Origin: Flavobacterium sp.
GTDB lineage: Bacteria; Bacteroidota; Bacteroidia; Flavobacteriales; Flavobacteriaceae
Direction: 5' to 3'
DNA: 52,652 nucleotides
NCBI RefSeq assembly: GCF_035760125.1
Contig: NZ_DASTTN010000028.1
Coordinates: 1 to 52,652, forward strand
Part shown: positions 43,307-52,652 of the stretch, piece after piece
Layout of the letters: the number at the start of each line of letters is the position of its first letter
How positions within the stretch are numbered: position 1 is the first letter of the stretch
The notes under the pieces: generated by a model
Seen by the model: the letters and a program-made list of their open reading frames with translations, nothing else
Databases searched by the model: none
What the model was told of the DNA's origin: nothing
Made by a program: the position numbers and the translations under genes

Positions 43307-43484
43307 AATCTTTTAATTTTAGAATTTAATTTGTTGGCAAAAATAAAACAACTTTATTTTAAAACAACTATTTAGTGAATAAATGTGTGTACTAATTTAT
43401 AAAATTTATTTCAACAAAGATTTCTTAAATCTATTTATTTTCGTTTTTTATTCCTTTTTTTGCATAAATTTTAAAAAATGAATT

Positions 43485-44054
43485 ATGAAAAGAATACTGA
43501 TATTTGCTTCTGGATCGGGGACTAACGCTGAAAATATTATAAAATATTTTGGCAATAGATCTACTGGAACTGTAGTGGCGGTTTTTTCAAATAATTCAAA
43601 TGCAACTGTTCTTGATAAAGCAAAAAAATTAGCTGTTCCAACCGTTATTTTTTCAAAAGAAGAATTAAATTTAGGAAAAACACTACAAAAAGTTAATGAT
43701 TTTCAACCTGATTTGATAGTCTTGGCTGGCTTTTTATTAAAATTTCCAGAAAATTTGATTGAAGCCTATCCAAATCGCATAATAAATATACATCCGGCAC
43801 TATTACCAAAATTTGGTGGAAAGGGGATGTATGGTATGCATATTCATAAAGCTGTAATCGAAAATAATGAAAAAGAAACAGGGATCACCATTCATTATGT
43901 AAATGAAAACTATGATGAAGGTAATATTATATTTCAAGAAAGTGTTGCTCTTTCAGAAGTCGATACCCCAGAATCGGTAGCTGTCAAAATCCATACATTG
44001 GAACAAAAATATTTTCCAGAGATTATTGAAAAGCTTTTAACTTCTAACCTCTAA
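43485..44054 (+). CDS. purN: Phosphoribosylglycinamide formyltransferase
   Basis: ASGSGTN, INIHPALLP, GITIHYV..YDEG. Confidence 0.95.
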   Translation: MKRILIFASGSGTNAENIIKYFGNRSTGTVVAVFSNNSNATVLDKAKKLAVPTVIFSKEELNLGKTLQKVNDFQPDLIVLAGFLLKFPENLIEAYPNRIINIHPALLPKFGGKGMYGMHIHKAVIENNEKETGITIHYVNENYDEGNIIFQESVALSEVDTPESVAVKIHTLEQKYFPEIIEKLLTSNL

Positions 44055-44063
44055 TTTCATACT

Positions 44064-44543
44064 TTGGAATACGACGTACATATATATACGGATGGCGCTG
44101 CCAAAGGCAATCCAGGAAATGGTGGCTATGGAGTCGTTATGGAATGGGTTGGCAAACCCTATAAAAAAGAATTTTACGAGGGTTTTCGATATACAACCAA
44201 TAACCGAATGGAATTGCTAGGTGTTATTGTGGGTTTAGAAAAATTAAAAAAAGAGAATACAGTTGTTTTGGTTATCTCGGATTCAAAATATGTCGTAGAT
44301 GCTGTGCAAAAAAATTGGGTTTTTGGCTGGGAGAAGAAAGGCTTTGCAGGAAAAAAAAACCCCGACTTATGGAAACGCTTTTTAGTGATCTACAGAAAAC
44401 ACAAAGTAGACTTCAAATGGATTAAAGGTCATAATAATCATCCCCAAAACGAAAGATGCGACGAATTAGCAGTTATGGCTTCCATGCAAAAGCAACTATC
44501 TATTGATGCTTTTTATGAAAAAGAAGAAGGTAAATTTTTATGA
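44064..44543 (+). CDS. rnhA: Ribonuclease HI
   Basis: YTDGAAKGNPG, TTNNRMEL, SDSKY, WIKGH..NERCD; TTG start. Confidence 0.96.
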   Translation: MEYDVHIYTDGAAKGNPGNGGYGVVMEWVGKPYKKEFYEGFRYTTNNRMELLGVIVGLEKLKKENTVVLVISDSKYVVDAVQKNWVFGWEKKGFAGKKNPDLWKRFLVIYRKHKVDFKWIKGHNNHPQNERCDELAVMASMQKQLSIDAFYEKEEGKFL

Positions 44544-44618
44544 AAACTTTGATAGTCTGACCCTTTGCAATATTGCAACTTATGGACTATCTTTGCACCC
44601 TAATTCGAAACACACCTA

Positions 44619-45542
44619 ATGAATAAATTATTGATTGTTGGAACAGTAGCTTTCGACGCAATTGAAACTCCTTTTGGAAAGACAGATAAAATTTTAGGAG
44701 GAGCAGCAACGTATATAGGGCTATCAGCTTCTTTTTTCAATGTAAAATCAGCTATAGTCTCTGTAGTTGGCGACGATTTTCCGCAAGAATATTTAGATTT
44801 GTTGACAGATAGAAATATTGATATTTCAGGTATCGAAGTTGTTAAAGGAGGTAAAACCTTTTTCTGGAGCGGATTGTACCACAACGATTTAAATTCAAGG
44901 GATACTTTGGTTACAGAACTTAATGTTTTGGCCGATTTTCAACCAAAAGTTCCTCAAGACTATAAAAAAGCCGAAATTGTGATGTTGGGTAACTTGCATC
45001 CATTAGTACAAAGCAGTGTTTTGGACCAAATGGAAACAAAACCAAAATTAGTGGTTCTGGATACCATGAACTTTTGGATGGATTGTGCTTTACCAGAATT
45101 ATTGGCAATCATCAAAAGAGTAGATGTCATTACAATAAATGATGAAGAAGCCCGTCAACTTTCAGGAGAATATTCTTTGGTAAAGGCAGCCGCAAAAATT
45201 CACGAAATGGGACCAAAATATGTGGTAATCAAAAAAGGAGAACATGGAGCTTTATTGTTTCATGGTGAAGAAATTTTCTTTGCTCCGGCACTACCATTAG
45301 AAGAGGTTTTTGACCCAACTGGTGCAGGAGATACTTTTGCAGGTGGTTTTTCAGGATTTATTACACAGAGCGAAAATGTTTCTTTTGATAATATGAAAAA
45401 TGCAATAATTCATGGTTCCAATTTAGCTTCTTTCAGTGTAGAGAAATTTGGAACGGAACGAATGGTTGATTTAGATAAAGAAGAAGTGGTGTCAAGATTG
45501 AAACAGTTCAAGTCTCTGACCCAGTTTGAAATAGAATTATAA
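44619..45542 (+). CDS. PfkB-family carbohydrate/nucleoside kinase
   Basis: DPTGAGDTFAGG, NDEEA, KKGEHG; TATCTTTG at 44588-44595 and terminator at 45550-45573. Confidence 0.9.
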   Translation: MNKLLIVGTVAFDAIETPFGKTDKILGGAATYIGLSASFFNVKSAIVSVVGDDFPQEYLDLLTDRNIDISGIEVVKGGKTFFWSGLYHNDLNSRDTLVTELNVLADFQPKVPQDYKKAEIVMLGNLHPLVQSSVLDQMETKPKLVVLDTMNFWMDCALPELLAIIKRVDVITINDEEARQLSGEYSLVKAAAKIHEMGPKYVVIKKGEHGALLFHGEEIFFAPALPLEEVFDPTGAGDTFAGGFSGFITQSENVSFDNMKNAIIHGSNLASFSVEKFGTERMVDLDKEEVVSRLKQFKSLTQFEIEL

Positions 45543-45683
45543 AGTTCTTAAGCCTCTATATGAGGCTTTTTTTAATTAGTACAGTCAATATTTATAAGAA
45601 AGAGTACGAATTTGCATCGTATTTGATTAGAATGATAATAATTGAGACATCATTAAATACCAATAACTACAAACAATAAAACA

Positions 45684-47582
45684 ATGAGCGACGCTTTAAA
45701 ACACGAATGTGGAATAGCTTTAGTTAGACTTTTAAAACCCCTTGAATTCTATAAAGAAAAGTACGGAACTGCTTTCTATGGTATCCAAAAAATGTATTTG
45801 ATGATGGAGAAGCAGCACAATCGAGGTCAAGACGGTGCTGGTTTTGCAAGTATTAAAATGGATGTAGAGCCTGGAGAGAGATACATCAGTCGCGTGCGTT
45901 CCAATCATGCACAGCCGATTCAAGATGTTTTTAAACAAATAAATGATAGAATAAACGAAGAAATGACAGCCCATCCAGAATACGCGGATGATATGTCAGA
46001 ATTAAAAGCTAACATTCCTTATATAGGAGAATTGTTTTTAGGACACGTACGTTATGGAACTTTTGGTAAAAACAGTATCGAAAGTGTTCACCCATTTTTG
46101 CGTCAAAGCAATTGGATGCACAGAAACTTGATTTTGGCAGGGAATTTTAACATGACGAATGTTAAAGAACTTTTTGAGAATCTAGTTGAATTGGGTCAAC
46201 ACCCAAAAGAAATGGCCGATACAGTTACTGTAATGGAAAAAATTGGTCATTTTTTAGATAAAGAAGTGATGCAATTATACCAAGATTGTAAAGCTGAGGG
46301 TTATTCTAAAAGAGAAGCTTCACCAGTTATTGCAGATCGTTTAGATATTGCAAAAATATTAGCAAGATCAGCAAAAAATTTAGATGGAGGTTATGCAATG
46401 GCTGGATTATTAGGTCATGGAGATGCATTTGTTTTCAGAGATCCAGCAGGAATTCGCCCAGCTTATTTCTATCAGGATGACGAAGTAGTCGTTGTTGCTT
46501 CTGAACGTCCAGTTATTCAGACTGTATTTAATGTACCTTTTGAAAGCGTTCAGGAAATCGAACCAGGAAACGCTTTAATTATCAAGAAAAGCGGAAAAGT
46601 TTCTATGAATCAGATTTTGGAACCAACCGTTAAAAAAGCGTGTTCATTTGAACGTATCTATTTCTCAAGAGGAAGTGATGCCGAAATCTATCAGGAAAGA
46701 AAGAATTTAGGAAAGTTTATTTTGCCGGCAGTATTAGAATCTATCGATAGTGATACTGACAATACGGTTTTCTCTTATATTCCAAATACAGCTGAAACTT
46801 CTTTCTACGGGTTGGTGGAAGCGGCTCAAGATTTTTTGAATCAAAGAAAGAAAAATTTTATTCTTGAGAACAAAGACACATTAACAGTTGATTCTTTAGA
46901 AAAATTACTTTCTGTAAAAATCAGAACCGAAAAAGTAGCCATAAAAGACGCTAAACTTAGAACCTTTATTACCGAAGACAGTAGTAGAGATGATTTGGTG
47001 GCTCACGTTTATGATGTGACTTATGGAGTAATTAAACCAACAGATAATCTTGTAATAATTGATGATAGTATTGTAAGGGGGACAACTCTTAAAATGAGTA
47101 TTATCAAAATGATGGATCGTTTAAATCCAAAAAGAATTGTAATTGTTTCCTCAGCACCACAAATAAGATTTCCGGATTGCTATGGAATTGATATGGCAAA
47201 ACTGGAAGGGCTTGTTGCCTTTAGAGCAGCATTAGAGTTGCTAAAAGAAAGAAACTTATACCATATCGTTGATGAAGTTTATGCTAAGTGTAAAGCTCAG
47301 GAAGACTACCACGATAATGACGTTGTGAATTATGTAACCGCTATATACGAGCCGTTTGCACCTCAAGAGATTTCAGATAAAATAGCCGAAATGCTAAGTT
47401 CACCTGAAATTAAGGCAGAAGTAAAAATTATCTTTCAAACAGTTGAAGATTTACATGTTGCTTGTCCAAAAAATTTAGGAGATTGGTATTTTACCGGTGA
47501 TTATCCTACTCCAGGAGGTAATCGTGTGGTTAACAGGGCTTTCATGAATTTTTATGAAGGAAAAGATGCAAGGGCATATTAA
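45684..47582 (+). CDS. purF: Amidophosphoribosyltransferase
   Basis: HECG Ntn cysteine, NRGQDGAG, GHVRYGT, CSFERIYFSR, DDSIVRGTT. Confidence 0.95.
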   Translation: MSDALKHECGIALVRLLKPLEFYKEKYGTAFYGIQKMYLMMEKQHNRGQDGAGFASIKMDVEPGERYISRVRSNHAQPIQDVFKQINDRINEEMTAHPEYADDMSELKANIPYIGELFLGHVRYGTFGKNSIESVHPFLRQSNWMHRNLILAGNFNMTNVKELFENLVELGQHPKEMADTVTVMEKIGHFLDKEVMQLYQDCKAEGYSKREASPVIADRLDIAKILARSAKNLDGGYAMAGLLGHGDAFVFRDPAGIRPAYFYQDDEVVVVASERPVIQTVFNVPFESVQEIEPGNALIIKKSGKVSMNQILEPTVKKACSFERIYFSRGSDAEIYQERKNLGKFILPAVLESIDSDTDNTVFSYIPNTAETSFYGLVEAAQDFLNQRKKNFILENKDTLTVDSLEKLLSVKIRTEKVAIKDAKLRTFITEDSSRDDLVAHVYDVTYGVIKPTDNLVIIDDSIVRGTTLKMSIIKMMDRLNPKRIVIVSSAPQIRFPDCYGIDMAKLEGLVAFRAALELLKERNLYHIVDEVYAKCKAQEDYHDNDVVNYVTAIYEPFAPQEISDKIAEMLSSPEIKAEVKIIFQTVEDLHVACPKNLGDWYFTGDYPTPGGNRVVNRAFMNFYEGKDARAY

Positions 47583-47660
47583 TTCACTTTACCGTTAAAC
47601 GGGTTTGTGTGTGTTTTATCGACTTTATTTTCAAAGTTGTAAATCTCAAAGTATATTCGC

Positions 47661-47735
47661 CTACCATAATTTTAGTAGGTTAAGTTTATGGTAGATTTGG
47701 GGCAAAAAGGGTGAAAGTAACATTTCACCTTTTTT
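47661..47735 (+). ncRNA. Candidate sibling sRNA, copy 1
   Basis: Preceded by near-consensus TATATTCG (47652-47659); 5' hairpin CTACCATAA/TTATGGTAG; terminator GGTGAAA/TTTCACC plus U6. Confidence 0.65.
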
Positions 47736-47901
47736 ATTGGAATAAAGTCAAGTTTTAGGTTCTATAATATAAGTTTGACAGCGAAATAGTTTGTTTGAAA
47801 GTTATTAAATATTTTGTGAATCAATAAATTAGCTAATAATCGAGTATTTTGGATATTTATCGAATTTATTTTAAAAAGAACAAATCTCAAAGTATATTTG
47901 A

Positions 47902-47977
47902 CTACCATAATTTTTAGTAGGTTAAGTTTATGGTAGATTTGGGGCAAAAAGGGCGAAAGTAACATTTCGCCTTTTTT
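47902..47977 (+). ncRNA. Candidate sibling sRNA, copy 2
   Basis: TATATTTG at 47893-47900; terminator stem has the compensatory change GGCGAAA/TTTCGCC. Confidence 0.7.
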
Positions 47978-48131
47978 ATTGGAATAAAATCAAGTTTTAC
48001 TTTTTTAATAATAAATTAAGAGTAAAATAACAAGTCAAATATTCTGAAAATCAGTAAATTAGTTGATAGTCGTATATTTGCGACATTCATCGAAAATATT
48101 TTCAATAAAGTGATTATCGACGTACATTTGA

Positions 48132-48206
48132 TTACCATAATTTTAGTAGGTTAAGTTTATGGTAGATTTGGGGCAAAAAGGGTGAAAGTAACATTTCACC
48201 TTTTTT
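48132..48206 (+). ncRNA. Candidate sibling sRNA, copy 3
   Basis: TACATTTG at 48123-48130; same hairpin and terminator. Confidence 0.7.
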
Positions 48207-48320
48207 ATTTTAAAAAAATAAAATTTAATTTACTGATAATTAGTAAATTAACAATTAAACGAGTATTTAGGGTATTCAACGAAAATAATATTAAAACAGT
48301 TTATTTCAATGTATATTTGA

Positions 48321-48396
48321 CTACCATAATTTTTAGTAGGTTAAGTTTATGGTAGATTTGGGGCAAAAAGGGTGAAAGTAACATTTCACCTTTTTT
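48321..48396 (+). ncRNA. Candidate sibling sRNA, copy 4
   Basis: TATATTTG at 48312-48319; same hairpin and terminator. Confidence 0.7.
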
Positions 48397-48521
48397 ATTG
48401 GAATAAAGTCCCAAAAACATAATAGAATTGAGAGAATAGAAAAAAAATATAGATCAAAAAAATAGACGAACAAACTTTTCAGTCTATTCGTCTATCATGT
48501 ATGGATTTATTATCTTTCTTC

Positions 48522-49130
48522 TTATTTCTCTAAAGCAAAACGTCTAGATACTTCTGTCCAGTTAATCACATTGAAGAAAGCTTCGATATAATCTGGTCTT
48601 CTGTTTTGATAATGTAAGTAATAAGCATGTTCCCAAACATCCATTCCTAAAATTGGAGTTCCACCGCAACCTACTTCTGGCATCAATGGATTATCTTGAT
48701 TTGGAGTTCCGCAAACGTCAAGTTTACCACCTTTTTGCACACATAACCAAGCCCATCCAGAACCAAATTGTGTAGCTCCTGCTTTAGCAAATTTTGCTTT
48801 AAATTCTTCAAAAGTCCCAAAAGAACTTTCGATAGCAGCTAACAATTCACCTGTTGGCAATCCACCACCGTTTGGAGACATAACAGTCCAAAACAAGTTG
48901 TGATTGTAAAATCCACCACCATTATTGCGAACTGCAGCATTAGTTTTATCTAGGTTAATTAAGATATTCTCAATTGTTTTTCCTTCCAAATCAGTTCCAG
49001 CAATAGCTGCATTCAAATTTGTTGTATAAGCATTGTGGTGCTTTGAATGGTGAATTTCCATTGTACGAGCATCAATATGAGGTTCTAATGCGTCATACGC
49101 ATAAGGTAATTGTGGTAATTCAAAAGCCAT
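48522..49130 (-). CDS. sod: Fe/Mn superoxide dismutase
   Basis: [27 protein letters not shown]; metal preference not determined. Confidence 0.97.
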   Translation of the reverse strand: MAFELPQLPYAYDALEPHIDARTMEIHHSKHHNAYTTNLNAAIAGTDLEGKTIENILINLDKTNAAVRNNGGGFYNHNLFWTVMSPNGGGLPTGELLAAIESSFGTFEEFKAKFAKAGATQFGSGWAWLCVQKGGKLDVCGTPNQDNPLMPEVGCGGTPILGMDVWEHAYYLHYQNRRPDYIEAFFNVINWTEVSRRFALEK

Positions 49131-49244
49131 AATATAGTTGTTTAATGATTTATAAATATTTTATTCAAAATTAAACATTTAACTTTGGAATTGAAAATTC
49201 TATTTCGTTATAATTTCATCAAATAAAATGATAATGTGATTTTT

Positions 49245-49330
49245 TAGGAGCTATTTCCCGCTATTCGTTGCAATCTTTTCTTTTTTAAAGAAAAAAAGAA
49301 AAGGATTTTCACTGTTATCGGGGCTAGGGC
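49245..49330 (+). repeat. Palindromic intergenic repeat, type A (uninterrupted copy)
   Basis: TAGGAGCTATTTCCCGCTATTCGTTGCAATC[hairpin]GGATTTTCACTGTTATCGGGGCTAGGGC. Confidence 0.85.
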
Positions 49331-49393
49331 ATTTACGATTTCAATAATCTTAAGTGTAAATCAGAAGTCTAAAATCGTTAATCTAAAATTCAA

Positions 49394-52300
49394 ATGGAAA
49401 GACCTTCTTTCGCCATATACGACGCCTCTGCAGGTTCCGGAAAAACATACGCTCTTGTAAAAGAATACCTCAAGATCATTCTTACCGCAAACAAAAATGA
49501 TGCTTACCGAAATATTCTTGCCATAACGTTTACCAACAAAGCGGTGCACGAAATGAAAAGCCGAATCGTAGGCAGTTTGTCTGAATTTGCCAAAGACGAA
49601 CCTAATGCAAAAGCTTCGGATTTAATGCAGGACTTATCCATAGATACAGGACTTTCAATAATTCAAATTAAAACCAAATCACAACAAATCATCAAGCACA
49701 TTATTCATAATTATGCTGCTTTTGATATATCCACTATAGATAAATTCACCCACAAAGTAATTCGTGCTTTTGCTCATGATTTAGGATTGCCTATGACTTT
49801 CGAGGTGACTCTAGATACCGAAAATCTACTAATCGAAGCGGTTGACGCGATTATTGCACAAGCAGGTGAAGATGAAACCTTGACTAAATTACTCATCGAT
49901 TTCACGATGGAAAAAACCGATGATGATAAATCTTGGGATATTTCGCGAGAAATTTTGGAAACGGGCAAATTAGTGCTGAATGAAAATAACCGAAATGAAA
50001 TTACTCATTTTCACGACAAATCGATCAGTGATTTTATTGCTGTAAAAGAAAAATTAGTTCAAGTTTGTAAAGATTTAGAAAAAGAAAATGCAAACCTTGC
50101 AAGTGAATTGTTATTGCTAATTGATAAAAATGCAATTGATTTAAAATCATTTTCCAGAGGAACTTTTCCTAATCATCTTCAAAGTATAGCAGATGGAAAA
50201 TTCAATTCTAAAAACAAGATGTTTCATGAGTCCGAAGATATTGCCATTAATAAAACGGCAAAAGACCGAGCGCTAATCGAGAACATTATCCCTGATTTAT
50301 TGAAAAGTCTTTCAGAAATTTACAAAAACTTCGAAAAGAGAAATTTCTATAAAGCCTTCTTGAAGAATATCACACCTTTATCATTATTAAATACTGTTAG
50401 TAATGAATTGGCAAAAATTCAGAACGAGCAAAATGTACTTTCGATTTCTGAGTTCAATGCGATTATTCACCGCGAAATCCAAAATCAGCCTGCACCTTTT
50501 ATATATGAACGATTGGGAGAACGTTACCGTCACTTTTTTATTGATGAATTTCAGGATACTTCCGAGATGCAATGGCAAAACCTGATTCCACTTATTGATA
50601 ATGCGCTTTCGGGTCAAGATGATTCTGGACAAAAGGGGACTTTAATGATCGTTGGTGATCCAAAACAATCTATTTATCGTTGGCGTGGTGGTAAAGCCGA
50701 GCAGTTTATTGAGTTGAGCAAAGATCAAAATCCGTTCAGTAATCCTGAGAAAAAATTAGAACATTTAGATAAAAATTACAGAAGTTATTCTCAAGTAATC
50801 GAATTCAATAATGGCTTTTTTCAATTATTGTCCAATGAATTTAGTAATGCTGATTATAAAGATTTATACGAAAACCACAGTCGTCAAAAGATAAATAATA
50901 AGGTAGGTGGTTATGTAAATATTTCTTTTCTACCAGAAATTGAATCTTCAGAAGAGGATGAAGATGTATTGGATAAAACGGATTTGTACGTTTTGGCGAC
51001 ATTAAATACTATTCAAAAAGTTGTAAAAGAAGGCTTTGAATATAAAGACATTGTGATTCTGACTCGAAAAAGAAGTCAGGGAATTGCTGTCGCCAATTAT
51101 TTAACAGAACAAAGTATTCCACTTTTGTCCTCTGAAACATTGATGATTCAAAACGCTACCGAAGTTCGATTGATTATTTACATTTTAAAATATTTGAAGA
51201 ATAGTTCGGATTTGGAATCAAAGGCCAACTTTTTGCAATATTTGGCACAAAACAAACAAGCAGATTTACCTGTTCATGATTTTATAGCCAAAGGAATGGA
51301 ATTGAAAGAGGAAGTAGCTTTCGAGAAATGGCTTGAAAACTGTAATATAGAACTCTCATTTCAAGATATTAGAAAAAAATCATTGTACGAAGCGGTTGAA
51401 ATTATTGTTTCAAAATTCCTTTCAAATGAAAAAGAACAAGTTGCTCAAGTTCCCACTTCAGGGACGGGAGGGGCTTATGTCCAATATTTTCTTGACATTG
51501 TTCTCGAACGGGATGTTCGTAATCAGGCTGGAATTTCAGATTTTCTCAATTATTGGGATAAAAACTCAGAGAAATTTAGTATTCCTTCTCCAGAAGGAAC
51601 AAATGCGGTTCGGATTATGACCATTCATAAATCAAAAGGATTGGAATTTCCGCTTGTAATAATGCCTTTTGCTGAAGAAGATTATAATAGAAAACCGAAA
51701 GATAAATTATGGCTTAACTCGGAAGAACAAGATTTTGATATGCCAAAAGTACTTGTGGATAATAGTAGCGCGATTGAAGAATTTGGAGAAGAAGCTTCTA
51801 CTGTTTATAACCTGAAAAAGCAGGAAGAATTGTTGGATAACATTAATGTATTGTACGTCGCTTTAACTAGAGCCGAAGAGCAATTATATGTTATTTCTCA
51901 AAATATAAAACCAAGGAAAGATGGGGAATATCCAAGTAATATGGCTTCATTTTTTATGAAATATTTAATCAAACAAGGGCTTTACAATGAAAATCAATTA
52001 GAATATGAATTTGGTAATTCGGCTAAGTTATCTGAAAAAGAAAAACATATTGATACTTCCAAAAATATACCTGTAGTTTCGGAAGTGTTGAATCCTAAAA
52101 ATATAAAAATTGCCCAAAGGGAAGCATTGATGTGGGGAACGCATCAATTGGAAGCTATTGAGTTTGGTAATGTGATACACGAAATACTTTCATTTATTGC
52201 AACAAAAAAAGATCTGGAATTGGCAATTAATAAAGCGATTGAAAATGGATTGATTACAATACTTCAAAAGGATATAGTCTATAATGCTATTATTGAAATA

Positions 52301-52579
52301 GTGAATCATCAAGATTTAGTGGAACATTTTGCGGAAGGGAATGAAGTTTTGAACGAAAAAACGATTATCCAAAAAGAGGGTGGTACAGTCAAACCAGACC
52401 GAATAGTAATAAATAAGGCAAAAGAAGTTTTTTTATTGGACTATAAAACAGGTCTTCCTAATCCAAAATATAAGTATCAATTGGAAAATTATCAAATGGC
52501 TATTGAGAAAATGGGATTCAAAGTATTAAAAAAAGCGCTCGTGTACATAGGAGTCGAAATCGATGTAGTACATTTGTAA
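49394..52579 (+). CDS. UvrD/AddA-like ATP-dependent helicase-nuclease
   Basis: ASAGSGKT, FTNKA, IDEFQDT, VGDPKQSIYRWRG, TIHKSKGLEF, YVALTRA, C-terminal PD..DYKT nuclease motif. Confidence 0.92.
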   Translation: MERPSFAIYDASAGSGKTYALVKEYLKIILTANKNDAYRNILAITFTNKAVHEMKSRIVGSLSEFAKDEPNAKASDLMQDLSIDTGLSIIQIKTKSQQIIKHIIHNYAAFDISTIDKFTHKVIRAFAHDLGLPMTFEVTLDTENLLIEAVDAIIAQAGEDETLTKLLIDFTMEKTDDDKSWDISREILETGKLVLNENNRNEITHFHDKSISDFIAVKEKLVQVCKDLEKENANLASELLLLIDKNAIDLKSFSRGTFPNHLQSIADGKFNSKNKMFHESEDIAINKTAKDRALIENIIPDLLKSLSEIYKNFEKRNFYKAFLKNITPLSLLNTVSNELAKIQNEQNVLSISEFNAIIHREIQNQPAPFIYERLGERYRHFFIDEFQDTSEMQWQNLIPLIDNALSGQDDSGQKGTLMIVGDPKQSIYRWRGGKAEQFIELSKDQNPFSNPEKKLEHLDKNYRSYSQVIEFNNGFFQLLSNEFSNADYKDLYENHSRQKINNKVGGYVNISFLPEIESSEEDEDVLDKTDLYVLATLNTIQKVVKEGFEYKDIVILTRKRSQGIAVANYLTEQSIPLLSSETLMIQNATEVRLIIYILKYLKNSSDLESKANFLQYLAQNKQADLPVHDFIAKGMELKEEVAFEKWLENCNIELSFQDIRKKSLYEAVEIIVSKFLSNEKEQVAQVPTSGTGGAYVQYFLDIVLERDVRNQAGISDFLNYWDKNSEKFSIPSPEGTNAVRIMTIHKSKGLEFPLVIMPFAEEDYNRKPKDKLWLNSEEQDFDMPKVLVDNSSAIEEFGEEASTVYNLKKQEELLDNINVLYVALTRAEEQLYVISQNIKPRKDGEYPSNMASFFMKYLIKQGLYNENQLEYEFGNSAKLSEKEKHIDTSKNIPVVSEVLNPKNIKIAQREALMWGTHQLEAIEFGNVIHEILSFIATKKDLELAINKAIENGLITILQKDIVYNAIIEIVNHQDLVEHFAEGNEVLNEKTIIQKEGGTVKPDRIVINKAKEVFLLDYKTGLPNPKYKYQLENYQMAIEKMGFKVLKKALVYIGVEIDVVHL

Positions 52580-52652
52580 AAAAAAATAATTGTCAAATAG
52601 CGAAGTTTATAGCTTATCTGTCTTTAAACTTTAAGATTTAAATCTAATAAAA

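Larger units (their letters stand above)
47594..48400 (+). repeat. Four-unit tandem array (periods 241, 230 and 189 bp) with a near-invariant ~75-bp core
   Basis: Core CTACCATAATTTT(T)AGTAGGTTAAGTTTATGGTAGATTTGGGGCAAAAAGGGTGAAAGTAACATTTCACCTTTTTT starts at 47661, 47902, 48132 and 48321. Confidence 0.97.

Noticed and set aside
47762-47965. 67-aa minus-strand ORF from the track
   Set aside because: It begins inside the terminator stem of copy 2; only the shorter internal ATG reading is retained, as a low-probability alternative.
47661-48396. CRISPR array interpretation of the four repeats
   Set aside because: Repeats are ~75 bp, the intervening 114-166 bp are partly homologous and contain promoter motifs, each repeat ends in a terminator, and no cas gene is in the window.

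Overview
AT-rich chromosomal window from a Bacteroidota organism, most likely Flavobacterium (inferred from TAnnTTTG promoters, A-rich start regions without Shine-Dalgarno sequences, and gene content). Core genes: uvrC 3' end, patatin/PlpD-like protein, hmgA-hppD, DUF3108-TDO-M23 peptidase, pgi, rlpA, dinB, two tRNA-Asn, rseP, pyk, rnc-fabF-acpP, purN, rnhA, purF, sod and an AddA-like helicase. Accessory genes: a circularly permuted ATP-grasp/alpha-E/transglutaminase operon with two small Glu-rich ORFs inside it, two GH13 enzymes, GH97 plus a SusR-like regulator, and two TonB-dependent receptors. The most striking unannotated signal lies between purF and sod: four near-identical ~75-nt structured units. 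Each has its own -7 promoter, an upstream direct-repeat box at invariant spacing, and an intrinsic terminator (one with a compensatory base pair), which suggests an array of co-regulated sibling small RNAs. The window also holds eight copies of a modular palindromic intergenic repeat, two of them interrupted by the same 44-bp element at CAATC sites, and a second stand-alone sRNA candidate after hppD. All calls come from reading the sequence by eye; no database searches were run.
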